Translations under genes and position numbers: made by a program
Shown: positions 40,541-54,861 of the stretch, in pieces
Layout of the letters: the number at the start of each line of letters is the position of its first letter
Numbering within the stretch: the stretch's first letter is position 1
Assembly (NCBI RefSeq): GCF_009914755.1
Contig: NC_060928.1
Direction: 5' to 3' (one strand)
DNA: 64,000 bases
From: the human T2T-CHM13v2.0 reference genome, Homo sapiens
The notes under the pieces: generated by a model
What the model was told of the DNA's origin: nothing
What the model saw: the letters and a program-made list of their open reading frames with translations, nothing else
The model's database searches: none

Positions 40541-43059
40541 TCGGCGCCGGCGCCTCACGCTCCCCGAGCGCAGGAGATCCCTCCGCCCCGGCCCCGCCCG
40601 CCGGCGCCGGCGCTCATTTCTCGGGCGCGGAAACTCGAGCCCACTTTCCCCGGCTGCCGGCTCTGGGACCGCGGGCTCGGCCACGCAGTCCCGCCCGGAC
40701 CCAAAGAGCCCCAGTCCCTGCGAACACCAGGTCCGTGCTGGGAGACGAGAAGGCGCCCAGCGGGGTCTAGCGCGGCTCCGAGGGGCAGGGCGAGGCTTGT
40801 GATGCCGAGGTTAGTTACGGCCAGCCACAGGCGCTGTGCAAGGAATTGGGGAAAGCTCCCTGCCAAGAAAGGGAAACGTTAGCTTAGCTAAAAAAAAAAA
40901 AAAAAAAAAAAGGCTGGGGCCTAATGAGAAAGCTTCCCAGAGGCATCCCTTTAGCTTTTCCATAGCCTTCTGGGAGCCCCTGAATCTGCATTTGAATGGC
41001 GCGGCTCTGGGTCCGCGAAGGTTTGGTGGGCTGAAGTCGTCCTTCAGGTCTCCAAAGGAATGCAGCTAGGTCGGAATCTACTTCCTCCTTCAATCCCCAG
41101 AAAATGGAAACGCTTCCCCCGCGACCTTTTTCTGCCGAGTTAGACCCCAGGCCCTCCCCGCCGCGGGCGCCTGGCCTCCCCCGCTGACACCCCGGACGCC
41201 CAGGCCTGTGGGACAAAAGGCAGTCGCGGCGTCCCGCGGGCTTCCTAGCCCGGGAGTCGGCCCCAGGGGCCCCAAAGCGTGACCCCAGGCCGACAACTGC
41301 AAGTTCCTAGGCAGAGGGGAAGCCCCAGCGCCGAGAAGCCCGCTCCGAGAACTCCCCGCGCCGGGCGCCCAGCCTGAGCGTCCCGGGCGCGGAGCCCATC
41401 CCCGGTGCGGGCAGGGCTCCAGCCGCAGGCTCGGCGCAGGGCGGACTCGGCCGAAGCCCGGAGGGCCGGAGGCGCTGGGACGCAGCCCGGACAAGAGGGC
41501 GGACTTGATCTCGGAAAGTTTGTGGGACTCAGGCATTTTAACACTGGGAAGACAAAGAGATCCGATTTCCCTGGGACTGGTGAGGGGAGCTTGGCGGGGA
41601 GGGGAACGGCAGGGCAGTCAAGTGTGAAAGAGAATTTCCTGGGTTCAAAGTTAACGCAGTCACCTTATAAGCCATCTTAGAGGTGACCGGAAAAAATAAT
41701 AATAATAAAGGTGTCTAGCAGGTTGTGGCTGGGAAGGAAAAATAATGCCTGCAAGATGAGTGTGCCGATTCGTAGCCCTATATTCCCTGCCCACCAGTTG
41801 GAATACACATAGATTCACACATCCAGCAAATGCAAACTCCATCATCCAAAGACGTGTTTGTCCCGGCCATAATTGCTCCAAGTGCTTACAGGTCAATTTC
41901 ATACATGGAACACCTCGAAAGTGGGTGACCTGATCTCCAAGCCCAACCGGCTTGTGCCGCTTGCCGAATTGTAAATCTCAGCAAAACCCAAACACACCGG
42001 AACTCCAGCCGTTTCCTGGGAGCGAGGAAGCGGGAGTAATGCTAAAAGGGGAAAAGAAGAACAGTAAAAAAAGTACAAAGATACCATTCCCTGACGTAAA
42101 ATCACGGGATTTTTTTTAAATGGCACAAGAGAATTCCTGGAGAAGATTACCATTAATTAATAAGTAATAACGCTTCCTAGGGCTTACTAGATGTTTTACA
42201 TCTGTCTGGGAATCCCGATTTTCCAGGCTCCCTGAGAAATCTATCTGCCTGGAAGAAGTTGCACTTCGTCGCCACAGGAGCCGCCGAGAGCCAGGGATGG
42301 AGATTTCAGACTTAGGACTCTGCCACGATTCTACTGATCCTTAAGCGCCAACAGAACGAAATGGACATGCCTATTAGCTACCACAAATCGAATTATTTTA
42401 TATGAGAGAGAGAAATGTGGTTCAAGTTCCACATTTGTCCTTTAAATAATCGACCCTCCCTAACCCTGTCCCCAAAGGCTCGTGGAAATTAGGGAGGGGG
42501 TTGGGGAGACGGTTCCAGAAACAAAACGCTTTCCTCCAGCACGGCCTCTACATCCAGTCCACCCAAGCTGATTTTTGTAACTCATATAAAGAATGGGCCC
42601 GGGTGGGTGGTCAGTGAAGACTGGGGTGAGCAAGCGCCCACGTCGCCGAGCGCCGGGGAGGTCCAGGTTCGCCTCCGCACAGAACCCTGCAAGGAGCGCG
42701 CCTCGCCAGGTGCCCGGACTAGAGGGCGCTGCGCCCCTGCAAATCTCGCGGCCCCGATGCGCCCTCCCTAGGCACCATTGCTATAATAAGTTACATTCAA
42801 AATAATGCACAAACAGCATCGCCTCTCAAGTTCTTTTTAACAGTGCTCTATATGTATTTTATGAACTCCCAAAGCTATGCATACGAATCTTTCATCGCCG
42901 ATCCGCACAAAGCCAGAGGGATGCGCAGCTCCTGGAGCCGAGAACCCGTAGGGCGCACACGCTTCCCCGCACTCGCTTAGAGCCACACACCCCACGTAAT
43001 TTCATTAACGTTTAAACTTAAATGCCAAAAGGCATGCACGATTTGAACAAAGAACTCAC

Positions 43060-43430
43060 CAGTCTAGCCGAGTCCTCGGCCCTGGGCTCTAAAGTCCTCG
43101 GCAGCTCCGTGATCCCCTCGCGGTGTAGATATGTGTTAAGAGCCGGGTTTGAAGTACCAACTTTGCCTCCCCGGGATCTTCAGCATGTCCCTAACCAGAG
43201 TGCCAACGTCCGTGCCGCCGGGACCCAGGCGGCCGCATCTCCGGAGGCTTCCGACCAGGGCAAACTTAAGCACCAAACGCAGGCGAAAAGAGAGTGCGCG
43301 GGGCCGGAACGAGGGCCCGGGAGCAGCCAAGTTTGTCAGGACGTGCCCAGGCAGCCAGCCGCCGAGTTGAGGAGTTGCGGCCGCCGGCTGCGGCGACTCG
43401 CTGCCTCTTTCCCCACTCCCTCCCCCTTGG
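43060..43430 (-). other. FAT1: Probable alternative non-coding first exon of FAT1 (5' end approximate)
   Basis: Strong donor CTG|GTGAGT at 43060/43059, downstream of the CRE/GC-box cluster. Confidence 0.6.
43136..43238 (-). other. Two tandem uORFs in the distal first exon: MRPPGSRRHGRWHSG* (43238-43191) and MLKIPGRQSWYFKPGS* (43186-43136)
   Basis: Direct translation; both ATGs have G at -3. Confidence 0.5.
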
Positions 43431-45408
43431 AGGCGGTGGGGGAGGGGAGGTGACGTCAGCGCCCCGCCTCGCCCCCCGCCCCGGGCGCGGACGGGATTCT
43501 CCGGCTGGGCGCGCCACCCCGACAGTGGCAGCAGCGGCCGTGGAGGCTGCGGGGGTCCCGGCCTCTGCGGTCTCTCTGGCCGGCCGCAGCTGTGGCGCGG
43601 GTGAAACGCCCGCCCTCCTCCTTCGGCTGCGTCTCCCGGGCGCCGGCGAGCGCGGGCGTTCCTCGCACTCAGCGCCTGGAGCCGCCTGGAGCCCCGCTGC
43701 GCGCACTTCCCCGGCTCGCGGAGCCCCTCCGGCGGCGTTTCCCACGCCGCGGACTGCAGGTGATGCTCTTCCTCTTCTGCAGCCGAAATTCGTCGCGATG
43801 TGTCGCCTGCCAGATTTTTGCTGGGCGGAAGCATGAACAGTCTCTGCAGACTGGCCTGGACGACTTGTACTTTGTGGCCCTCCAACTTCTGGATGTGAAT
43901 TTTTTTTCACGACTTATTATTATGCTCTTCGTGGTCTTTGTGTTGAAAATCACGGAGCTGTATTTTTATTTTCAAATTCTTTCCCAATGCTCCTCTTGTC
44001 TTGACCGTACTCTGAAGCTTATAAGGTTCTGAGAGGAGGGGGCGAAGGGATAGGGGAGGAGCCAGTTCCTAATGTGTCTTACAAGTCATCCCTAGTGATA
44101 GGGGCTAATACGCAAATCACTGTCTCCTCCTCGAAATAATATCCATTTAGATAAATGCAAACACTGTTGAGGTTTAATTTATAAAGAATGCGTCGTCTTT
44201 ATGTAAGTGTCCAGCCTCCAGGAAAATATCTGCTGTGGAATATATTTTTAATGCCACTAAAGTACCAAAATACCTCCCCGAACAGCGTGAAATTCCGAGG
44301 GAGCCATTTCTGTGAGTTGACATTGTCCCCAGAAGATTGTCATTAACATTCAAGATCCTTGCAAAAGGGGGCTGGGGGCGGTTCTATCATATTTGCATCC
44401 GTTGGTATAAATATGTTGATCAGTTTAGCTGGTCGTTCTTTTACAAAGGTCAAGAGCAAAATTCTGAGCACAGAGGAAACTGGGCAGGGAGCTAAACAGT
44501 AAGGAGAGAACAAGATTAGGTGATTGGAATGTTGTGTGTGTTTAGCCTTGAAGTCATAACTTGTCTAAATGTCAGTGTCCTCATCTGTGATATGGGACTA
44601 ATATCTGCTTCATGTGGTAAAAATGTATTCATGTGTTTATCCATTCAAAAAAAAAACATACTGCACTCTACTTGCCAGGGAGATAACAGTTATTCATGCA
44701 GGCAAAGCATTTTTACTGAGCATCATATGAAGTGTCTAGCACGCACATAGTAGGTACTTAAACAATATTAGTTTTCCTGCCCTCCCCCGCTCCCTTCCCT
44801 CACTTCTTGGCAGTGTCTCAGTTTTTAATCCATAAAATCAGCATCATCACCACTGATTGGAGATTCTGCCAGGCAGGTCTCCAGACTCAAGTCAGGTCTC
44901 CTGGGCTCAAGAGATCCTCCTGCCCAAGCCTCTCCCTCAAGGTACATTTTGATTTGGAAGGGAGGAGAGGATCCAGGGAGCTAGGACACGGAGGGATATA
45001 GGAAGGGATTTTAGAGCTCCTGCAGACCCCGAGGGCAGCTAGAGGGTGCCAGATTCCTAAGGAGGGAGGAGGCTGGCTTGAGAGGCCAGTCTGTCAGTGC
45101 CCAGCGGACTTCTCCTGCTTCCCTGTTTCAACTACACAGGCTCTCTCCTTTTGTGTCAATAGTTGAAATTAGAAATTGACCACATATTGCAAGTCCTCAA
45201 AATGATTCACAATAAATTCACCCCGAGAGGCTTCTCGCTGAAGTCCATTTGGTTTGCTATACTCACTTTAAAGTTGTAATAAATAAACCAAATTACTTAA
45301 AAAAGATAAAAATCACAAATGACAGGAACTTATGAATAACAATTGATGATATTAGTCAAAATAGCTGGTTTTCAAAGTGAGATGGGCAGAAAACTTTTAA
45401 CAGAACCT

Positions 45409-45611
45409 CTAGAGCTGTGCTAATGTAGTGGGCAGCCACTTGCCCCCTGTGGCTACTTCCAGTTAAACTAAATTAAAAGGCACTTCCTGAGTCTCACCAG
45501 CTGCATTCCGAGTTTCAGTGACCATGTGTGGCTAGTGACAATTGTATTGATCGCAGCAGATCAAAGAACATTTTCGTCATGACAGAGTTCCACTGGACAC
45601 CTTGGTCTAGA
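45409..45611 (-). mobile_element. MER3-like hAT element
   Basis: Flanked by tctaga; catgtgtggctagtgac...agaacattttcgtcat. Confidence 0.65.
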
Positions 45612-46170
45612 CCTTTAAAAACACTGCTATTTTATGGAAGGCTACATCAAGCATTAAAATTTCAGTGTGTCCAATACTGAGTCACCTCTGAAGTATAAGG
45701 GAGGACCCAGAATCATGGAAGGATTCATTCATTCAGCAAATATTTATCAAGTACCAACAATATGCTGGGTGAAAATATGTAAGACCCAAGATTTAATGAG
45801 GTAGGTGTGTTTAGTGATTAAGAAATATTAACATGGCCTTTTAGTTGTTTTCCGTCTTTGCTGACTCATAAAACCAGGGGAAATCATAGATTTAAAGCAG
45901 GAAACAATTCTGAGACATTTTTTGGAATAGCCCTAGGACCAAATACTTCTAAGTAGGCTTGACTGACTCCTGGCATCCCACCCTCTCTGCTGCTTTCACT
46001 GCTTTCTCATCTGCCTGTGTGCCCATTGCGGCCTCCCCTTCCTGGAGGTGAGAGGAAATATCAGCCCTCTCCACTTCCCCTGCACCTTGGAATTATTTTA
46101 CCCTTTGCATTCAAATACAGCTCTTCTCCGGAATCAGCTTGTACTCTCAGAGGGAGCCATTAGAACATTA

Positions 46171-46509
<339 letters not shown>

Positions 46510-47137
46510 TTAACTATGGGTATGAGTATGTTATAATAATATCCTTCCACCCTTCCCAGTGCCTTATAGCAAGGGCTTTCTTAAAGCTATAGTTAAAACA
46601 TGAAATTTCTGATGCCATAACCAGTCACTTGGGAAAGTATTTGGAGGTATTACAAATCACCTACTAATGGCTAACCATTAAAAAAAAAAGGTACAAAGTA
46701 TACTTTCATTTTAAAGACACACCCATAGTGGAGTAGGGTGGCCGTAGACATTCTGTCCCTCAAATATAAGATAAACATCCCCAGGTGGTTTGGGAACAGA
46801 TATTGCAAGATAAATATAATTTTTGTGATGCTTTACCAGCTCAGTGATTGAAAGATTCTAACCTTTTGAACAGTAGGCAACAAGTCATCTGGCAACTTAC
46901 TATTGAAGCTACTTTCTCAATAGAAGTATGCAGTAGAAAGAGCATTACACTTGAGGTTAGAAGACCTGTTTTGACCTGTTTTGAATCTTGTCTTTGACAT
47001 ATATAGTTTGAATTTATTTGGTTATAACTGAATTTTGGGAATCTCACTTTCCTCTATAAAGATAGATCTCTAAAATGGACACACACACACAAAATCTCCC
47101 TCACTGGTTGTGAGAGATACCAGTAAAGAATAATTGT

Positions 47138-47451
<314 letters not shown>

Positions 47452-47569
47452 TCATTAGTCTCCTCAAATTTACCTACTGTGTCTCACCCTGCCACTCCTA
47501 TCTCAGCTATGAAGCTCTGTAGAACCAATGGCCAGTAACATGTATTTACTGCCAGTTATGCTCCGGACT

Positions 47570-47770
47570 TGGTTCCACCTTCTTTATATGCATTATCTCA
47601 TGTCATTCTTACAAAATCCTGGGAAGCATTAGCAATTAATGCCCTACCCCGATTTTACAGATGAAAACTGAGGTTTGAGGTAGATTAAATAACACACTGG
47701 GTCACCTTTCAGACTGAACCCTAAGGCTGGCTGCCTCCAGAGCAAACACTCTTGCCTGCTATAGTGCACT
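47570..47770 (-). mobile_element. MIR
   Basis: gattttacagatgaaaactgaggtt core. Confidence 0.65.
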
Positions 47771-48616
47771 AGCTCCTCATAGCCTGCACCTCATTTGCAC
47801 CCTTCAGGAACCATGACAGTTTTACACTAAAGGTCAGCAGTGTTGTGGTTTAAGAATTGGCCTAGGAGGGGAGCAAAAAACTATCAAATAATAGCTGCAG
47901 GAAAATGCTCTCTTGTAGCAGCTACGAGTTTGGATAAATAATTGTGTAAAAGTAGGTCCTTTAATCAGAGTGAGAACATCAGTGATTGTGTTCAGGAATA
48001 CATACATAAAACACATCCATTACTTGTTTGGATTACATATTTTCATGTATATATATGCATACTGTTAGACACATTGCTTTTCAATTCAAAAATTATAGTC
48101 TGGCTTTTAACTTGTTTAGGCTGAACAGCAGAAAAATACACACCAATGATTCTCAATGAATTCTGACAAGGACTATGTCACATGATTTCATGATCAGCAT
48201 TTCAATGTAGACCTTGCTTTTCTCTTTCCTGGACTGGAACCACTAGTGTTTTGTTTTTTTCTCTCTCCAATTCTCCTTTCTCTCCATTTCTGTTTTACAT
48301 ATGACAACAAGTAATTTTACCCTTGGAATATTCCCTCTATCTATACTTCTTTACTATTAAATCTCATCCCTTTTCCTGGTAGAATTTTTTAGTCACAAAA
48401 GCTAATCTTATATAGAAACTTTAATGAGGTATGGTGATATTTTCTCAGCATCCATTCTCTAACAGATCATCTATCTAAACCCATCAGGGTAGTTCTCTAT
48501 TTCTTGTCATGGGCATGTTGATCAATGGTAGTCAGTGAGATATTAAAGGAAGTTTCTTGGAGGTTTCTGGAAAAAAAATTCCTCCCTCCTAAGAAAGAAT
48601 CACAAGAGATATTATC

Positions 48617-48822
48617 TGAGAAAGAAGTTTTTAGATACAAAATGATTCAGTCTTGCAGACTATTGTTCTATCATAATGGCAGACAAAAATAAGGATGTCA
48701 TGGTTGGGACTACAATAGTTATCTTGATTAGTGAGGATGAGGCCTAAACCAAGGAAGGCAGACGAAGGGCCTTGATGACATTGAATGAACCATCCCTGTA
48801 GGCCACGCAAACTAAAGATGTG

Positions 48823-48855
<33 letters not shown>

Positions 48856-49548
48856 ATGGGAGAGCATAGGTTTCCATATTGTTTAATCTGAGTTGTGTTG
48901 GGATTAGCATTACTTGCAGTTGACATCATGTATTTCAGCTAAGCAGTCCCTTTTAAAATATCCTAGGAATTATTTTAAAGAAAAAATAAATTGATGTACT
49001 TCAGCTCATTGGTCAGCAGGAATTGGGCCTAACTCCAATGATAAGATTGAAGGATTCTTGAAGCTTTCTCTTAATGGTGAGTATACCAATCTGCTTGGGC
49101 TGCCATAACAAAATGCCATCGAATGGGTGGCTTAAATAATAGAAATGTATTTTCTGATGTTTCTGAGGGCTAGGAATCCAAGATCAAGGTGCCCACAGTG
49201 TCGTTTCTGGTGTGGCCTCTTTTCCTGCTTTGTAGGTGGACACATTCTCTGTGTATCCTCACATGGCCTTGCTCCGTGCCTACAGAGAGAGCAAGCTCTG
49301 GTGTCTTCCTCTTACAAGGATACAAGTCCTGTTGGATTAAGGCCCCACCCTTATGGCCTCAGTTAACCTTAATTGCCTTCCTAAAGGCCCTGTTTCCAAA
49401 TACAGTCACATTGAGGGTTAGGGCTTCAACACATGAACTGGGGAGATGGAAGAAAGATTCAGTCCATAACAGTGAGAAAGAAGTTTTCAGATGCAAAACT
49501 ATTCAGTCTTGCAGACTATTGTTCTATCATAATGGCAGACAAAATAAG
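48617..49548. repeat. Dispersed ~77-bp direct repeat (48617-48693 and 49473-49548)
   Basis: Identical core attcagtcttgcagactattgttctatcataatggcagacaaaa in both copies. Confidence 0.92.
49082..49471 (-). mobile_element. MLT1A-like solo LTR
   Basis: gggctgccataacaaaat...ggattaaggccccaccc...ttcagtccataaca. Confidence 0.8.
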
Positions 49549-49908
49549 AACATGAAATTTTATTTGTTCAACCAGAAGATTTTTCTCTGCTCCCACTGCT
49601 CTTTCCTCAAGTACCCAAAACCTTCTAGTATATTTTCCAATTGTGTAAACGAACTCCCGGAAGTGAATATTAACCAAACTCAGATATCCAATACTTACCA
49701 GAGGATAAATAGTCAGCTGGAAACACCGACTGTCAGCAAATCTATGAACATTTGGAATTTGAATTTCTTTGTACCTGTAACTGTCAATATCAAATTTCGA
49801 GTCGAAAAGTGAAGTCAGCTTATATTTGGTGATATGGCCTACTTTGTTCACACTTTGACCTTTATTTGAAACAGAATCATTCAAAAAAAATTACGACTTT
49901 TGCCATAT

Positions 49909-50257
<349 letters not shown>

Positions 50258-50499
50258 TTAAGTGGGTTTGGTTGTTTTGCATGTTTAGGAAGGAACATCG
50301 TTTGTCCCTGCCCCACCCCATCCTTTTCTATGCAACAATTTGTGAAATATTGCCTCTCCTGTGTGGTTAGGTGTATGAAAGACCCAGAACAAATAACAAC
50401 CTTTCCCTGATTTTTTCCCTCTGCTAGACATTTGTTCCAGAGTAGAGTGAAGCTGGAAAGGCAGGCTATGTGTTCAGTGCTACTGAGACAGCTGTAAGG

Positions 50500-50780
50500 C
50501 ACTGCAGTGGGGTCTTACGGTGGGGAGAGAGACTGGGCTCAACTCCAAACACAAGTAGGAGAACTGGGGATTTACAGCCAGGGAGCAAAGTGGGGAGGGT
50601 CTGTGGATGGAAAACAACTACAACGATACATCACGAGTGAGAGGAGTTCTGGTTAAAGTGACTCACAGGACTCTTGCTGCAAGTGGTCAGTGCAGGTGCA
50701 ACAAGGACAGACACCAAGGTCACAGCCTGGGGGGCTTGCAAGAGCCCGACTGAAGTTTGGCTCAGGAGAAAATCTTTGTC
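50500..50780 (-). mobile_element. MER31-like ERV1 LTR fragment
   Basis: Ends in gactgaagtttggctcaggagaaaatctttgtca. Confidence 0.6.
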
Positions 50781-51149
50781 AGTAGCAGGCTCTTTCTGTT
50801 TTTTTCCTACTGTCTTATGATTATTTTGTCCTGAAAAAGCAGTGAAAGGAGAGGGACATTTGTTATTAATCAAGCTTCTGAGACCTTTTGAACCTTAGCT
50901 GTAACATTTGCAGGTTAACATTATTCATCTGTGTCATCGATTTCTTAGAAGCCAAATTGTTTAAGGGGGTTGGGGTGGTATCTAGATGGGTAAAGGTGGA
51001 GTACTGTAGAGAAACGGAGCTAAAAGTCAGGATTGAGGTGAGCGTTCTGCGGCTGACATTTACGGGCTGTGTGTAAACTTCGCAAATTACTTGGCTTCTT
51101 AAGTGGCAATGGGGGATTAGCTAAAATGTGATTAGCGAAGACGCTAAGC

Positions 51150-52000
51150 TGAGCCTCAGGGATCCTAACTCCTGATCCTCACACTTTGGTGTCATCTCCC
51201 CCATCTCTTATCCACCAGGGTCTGTGTAATAGAATAATACAGAAAGGACAGGATGTCACTTCTGAGATTAGGTTATTGTCTTAGTCCATTTTGTGCTGCT
51301 GTAATAGAATAGCACAGACTGGGTAATTTACAATGAACAGAAATTGCTTGGCTCACGCCCTTGGAAGCTGAGAAGTCCAAGACTGAGGGCCCAGCACCTG
51401 GCAAGGGCCTTCTCTTTATCAGCATTCCATGGTGGAAGGTGAGAGGGTGAGAGAAGGCAAGAGAAAGAACAAGAGGAGATTGAACTTGTGTTTTTATAAG
51501 GAACCCACTCCCTCCATAATAGCCTTAATCTGTTCATGAGGGTGATGCCGCCATGCCCAAATACCTCTCCCTAGGCCCCACCTCCCAACACGGCCACCTT
51601 GGGGATCATGTTTTCAACACCTGAGCTCTGGGGGACACATTCAACCCTCAGCAACTATAAAAGACACCGAGGTCTCTCCTGGCTCTCTCTCGCTCTCGCT
51701 CTCATAGTCTCTCCTGTTATTCACTCTGGGGAAAGCCAGAAGCCCACGTGATGAGGAATGGAAGGCTTCTTCTAACAGCCACATGAGTGAGCTAGAAAGT
51801 GGGTCCCCAGCCCTAGCTGTACCTTCAGATGACTGCAGCCCCAGCAGACATCTTGACTTGTGCCCTCATGAGGGCCCCTGAGCCACATCACCCAGCCGAC
51901 CACACCCAGACCCCTGACCATCAGAAATGATGGGAGTTAACAAATGTTTGTTGTTTAAATTGCTATGTTTTGAGGGAATCTGCTACTCAGCAATTGATAA
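51150..52000. mobile_element. MLT1-type LTR (+) interrupted by an MST LTR (-, 51277-51653)
   Basis: MST ends tgtcttagtccattttgtgctgct ... gggacacattcaaccctcagca; the flanks continue an MLT1-like sequence. Confidence 0.7.
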
Positions 52001-52148
52001 AGAAATTTGGAATAAATTATTATTGGCTATTAATAAAATATTATTGGCTTTCTACCAATAATGTTATGAGGATGAGAAAACACTTGGTAAACCATTAAGG
52101 ACTACCACGAATGTTAGAACCCTGTGCATAGACTGGAAGAAAATGTAT

Positions 52149-52346
52149 AGAATAGTTCTATCCAAAGACTCTATGTGATGATGGGAATGTTCTATCTATG
52201 CTGCCCTGGGTGGCACTACTGAGTACCTGACAGGTGGCTAGTGCAAAGTGAGGAACTGAAGTTTTAATTTTATTTAATTTTAATTCATTTAAATTTAAAC
52301 AGTTATATGAGGCTAACGCCTACCATTTTGGACAGAGCAGGTCTAG
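52149..52346 (+). mobile_element. MER3
   Basis: gtgatgatgggaatgttctat...gaggaactgaagttttaatttt...ttggacagagcaggtctaga. Confidence 0.7.
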
Positions 52347-52981
52347 AGACTTTCTAAGCCAACAAATGACTTGCAAAATCTGGTCAGTGAGAATACAGCA
52401 CATACAGCTTGTGGGCCTGTTTTCTTCCCCCATTGTGACTTTTCTAAAGGAAGACTTGTGTTATTTATGAGGCCCAGAAGTGATGGATTGAGTTCCATTG
52501 AACAATTATTTCCTTCCTGGTTTAAAAAAGAACTATGCATTTTGTAAAACTGGGTTTTCTGAGACCTCAGATTTCTCTTTGTATGTACATGTTCAATTTA
52601 TCAGACATGAAATTATGGATTCAGTGGACTGTCTCACCCAACTGGCTAATTTGCATGATTAATTGAAGAGGCATGCAATGCAACTGTGCCCAGTTTCCTT
52701 AACCACACCGGGCACTGCTGATTCATCCACCTGGTGGATGAGAACGACTTCAAACCTGAGGGCTTGTTGGCCACACTCTATTTATTCAATGATGTCATCT
52801 GGCAAATATGCAACACAAAATACAGCTTGAATGGCACTAAGTTACTGGTGGTTATAGCTAAACTTGACTAGAGATAGACTTCAGTGTATGCAAAATTGTA
52901 TTAGAGCTTATAGGATAGCACGTATTTCATGCTGTTATCAGAGTAGGGAGGTTGATCTAGATTTGCTTATTCTTTTTAGTT

Positions 52982-52983
<2 letters not shown>

Positions 52984-53023
<40 letters not shown>

Positions 53024-53284
53024 AGACGGAGTGTCGCTCTGTCACCCAGGAGGCTGGAGTGCAGTGTTGTGATCTTGGCTCACTGCAAACTTCACTTCCT
53101 GGGTTCAAGCAATTCTCCTGCCTCAGCCTCCTGAGTAGCTGGTATTACAGGCACCCACCACCATGCCCAGCTAATTTTTGTATTTGTAGTAGAGACGGGG
53201 TTTCACCATGTTGGCCAGGTTGGACTTGAACTCCTGACCTCAGGTGATCCGCCAGCCTCAGCCTCTCAAAGTGCTGGGAATACA
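52984..53284 (-). mobile_element. AluS with a 39-nt pure tail
   Basis: T39 followed by reverse Alu. Confidence 0.95.
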
Positions 53285-53748
53285 ATGATATATGTTGAGT
53301 TGTGCTTTGTAATAAAGCTAATGGTCACTTCAGTGTTGACGGCATCCCATCCCTCAGTCATGTCAAGTCATGCCTTTATTCTCAAGCTTGCAGTCACATT
53401 ATTACAAGGTAACCACAGCTGCTCTAGACATTCATCAGGGCGGGATGAGGGGCATCGGTTATCTCCACTCACGTAAAAAAGAAAAATTGCATCCTTACTG
53501 CACACTATAAACATAAACATTTTCTTGATGAATTAAAATGTAAAGCTGTAAGGCCAATTGTCAAATGATTTGGAAGAAAATATAAGAAAATAATGTATTT
53601 GGGACTATGGAAGGATTTACTGTGTAAAACACAAAGTGTTTTTAAAATGAAAGAAAAGATTAACAAATTCAATTACATAAAAATTAAGAACCTCTATTAA
53701 AATGTGAAAATATACAGACTGGGAGAATATTCATACAATACTGTATTA

Positions 53749-54042
<294 letters not shown>

Positions 54043-54113
54043 TTAGATAGAAAAATGGAAAAAAATCATGAACCTATATTTCAGGAAGAGGAAATATGAA
54101 TAGGGATTGTACA

Positions 54114-54549
54114 TGCAGTGGGTTGAGTGGGGACTACCATAGGGACATGTCCTAATCCCCAGAACCTGTGAATCCTTTTGTGGAAACAGGGTCTCTGCGG
54201 ATGTAATTAAGAATCTTGAGATCATCCTGGATTATTTGGGTGGGTCCTAAATCCAATGACAAGCATCCTTAGAAGAGCCATCCCGGGGAGAGACACATGG
54301 AGGAGAAGGCCACCTGCAGGCAGAGGCAGAGACTGAGGTATGCAGTCACAAGCCAAGGAGCGTCTGGAGCCAGCAAGAGGTGGAGATGCAAGCAAGGATT
54401 CTTCTGAGAGCCTTCAGAGGAAGCACAGCCCCGCCAACACCTTGATTTTGGATTTCTAGCCTCCAGAACTGTGAGAGAATAAATTTTTGTTATTATTAAG
54501 CCACCCAGCTTGTGGTCATTTGTTATGGCAGCCCTGAGAAACTAATATA
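54114..54549 (+). mobile_element. MLT1B/C solo LTR
   Basis: gtcctaatccccagaacctgtgaat...ctccagaactgtgagagaataaa...gttatggcagccc. Confidence 0.8.
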
Positions 54550-54569
54550 GTGTCTAAGAATAAATCATT

Positions 54570-54861
54570 TATTTTCAAGACAGGGTCTCGCCCTATCACC
54601 CAGGCTGGAGTGCAGCGGCCCAATCACAACTCACTTGCAGCTCCTCCAGCTCCCCAGGGTCGAGTGATCCTTCCGCCTCAGCCTCTGAGTAGCTGGGACT
54701 ATACGTGCATGCCACCACGCCTGGCTAATTCTAATATTTTTTGTAGAGATGGCTTTTTACTATGTTGCCCAGGCTGGTTTCAAACTCCTCAGCTCAAGCA
54801 ACCCATCTGCCTCAGCCTCCCAAAGTGCTGGGACTACAGGTGTGAGCCACCATGACTGGCT
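54570..54861 (-). mobile_element. AluJ
   Basis: Diverged reverse Alu. Confidence 0.9.

Larger units (their letters stand above)
39870..41520. promoter_or_regulatory. FAT1: Proximal CpG-island promoter of FAT1
   Basis: Very high GC and CpG density, GC boxes (e.g. CCCCGCCC at ~40592), no obvious TATA box, contains exon 1. Confidence 0.9.
42590..43850. promoter_or_regulatory. FAT1: Distal CpG island / alternative FAT1 promoter
   Basis: CpG-rich block; perfect CRE TGACGTCA at 43451-43458 next to GC boxes at 43461-43482. Confidence 0.8.

Noticed and set aside
39740-44032. Long ORFs (up to 315 aa) on both strands over the CpG islands
   Set aside because: Low-complexity R/P/G/A sequences open in many frames because GC-rich DNA lacks stops; no recognisable domains
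49189-49884. 207-aa and 122-aa ORFs
   Set aside because: The longer one starts within an MLT1A LTR; neither shows homology features
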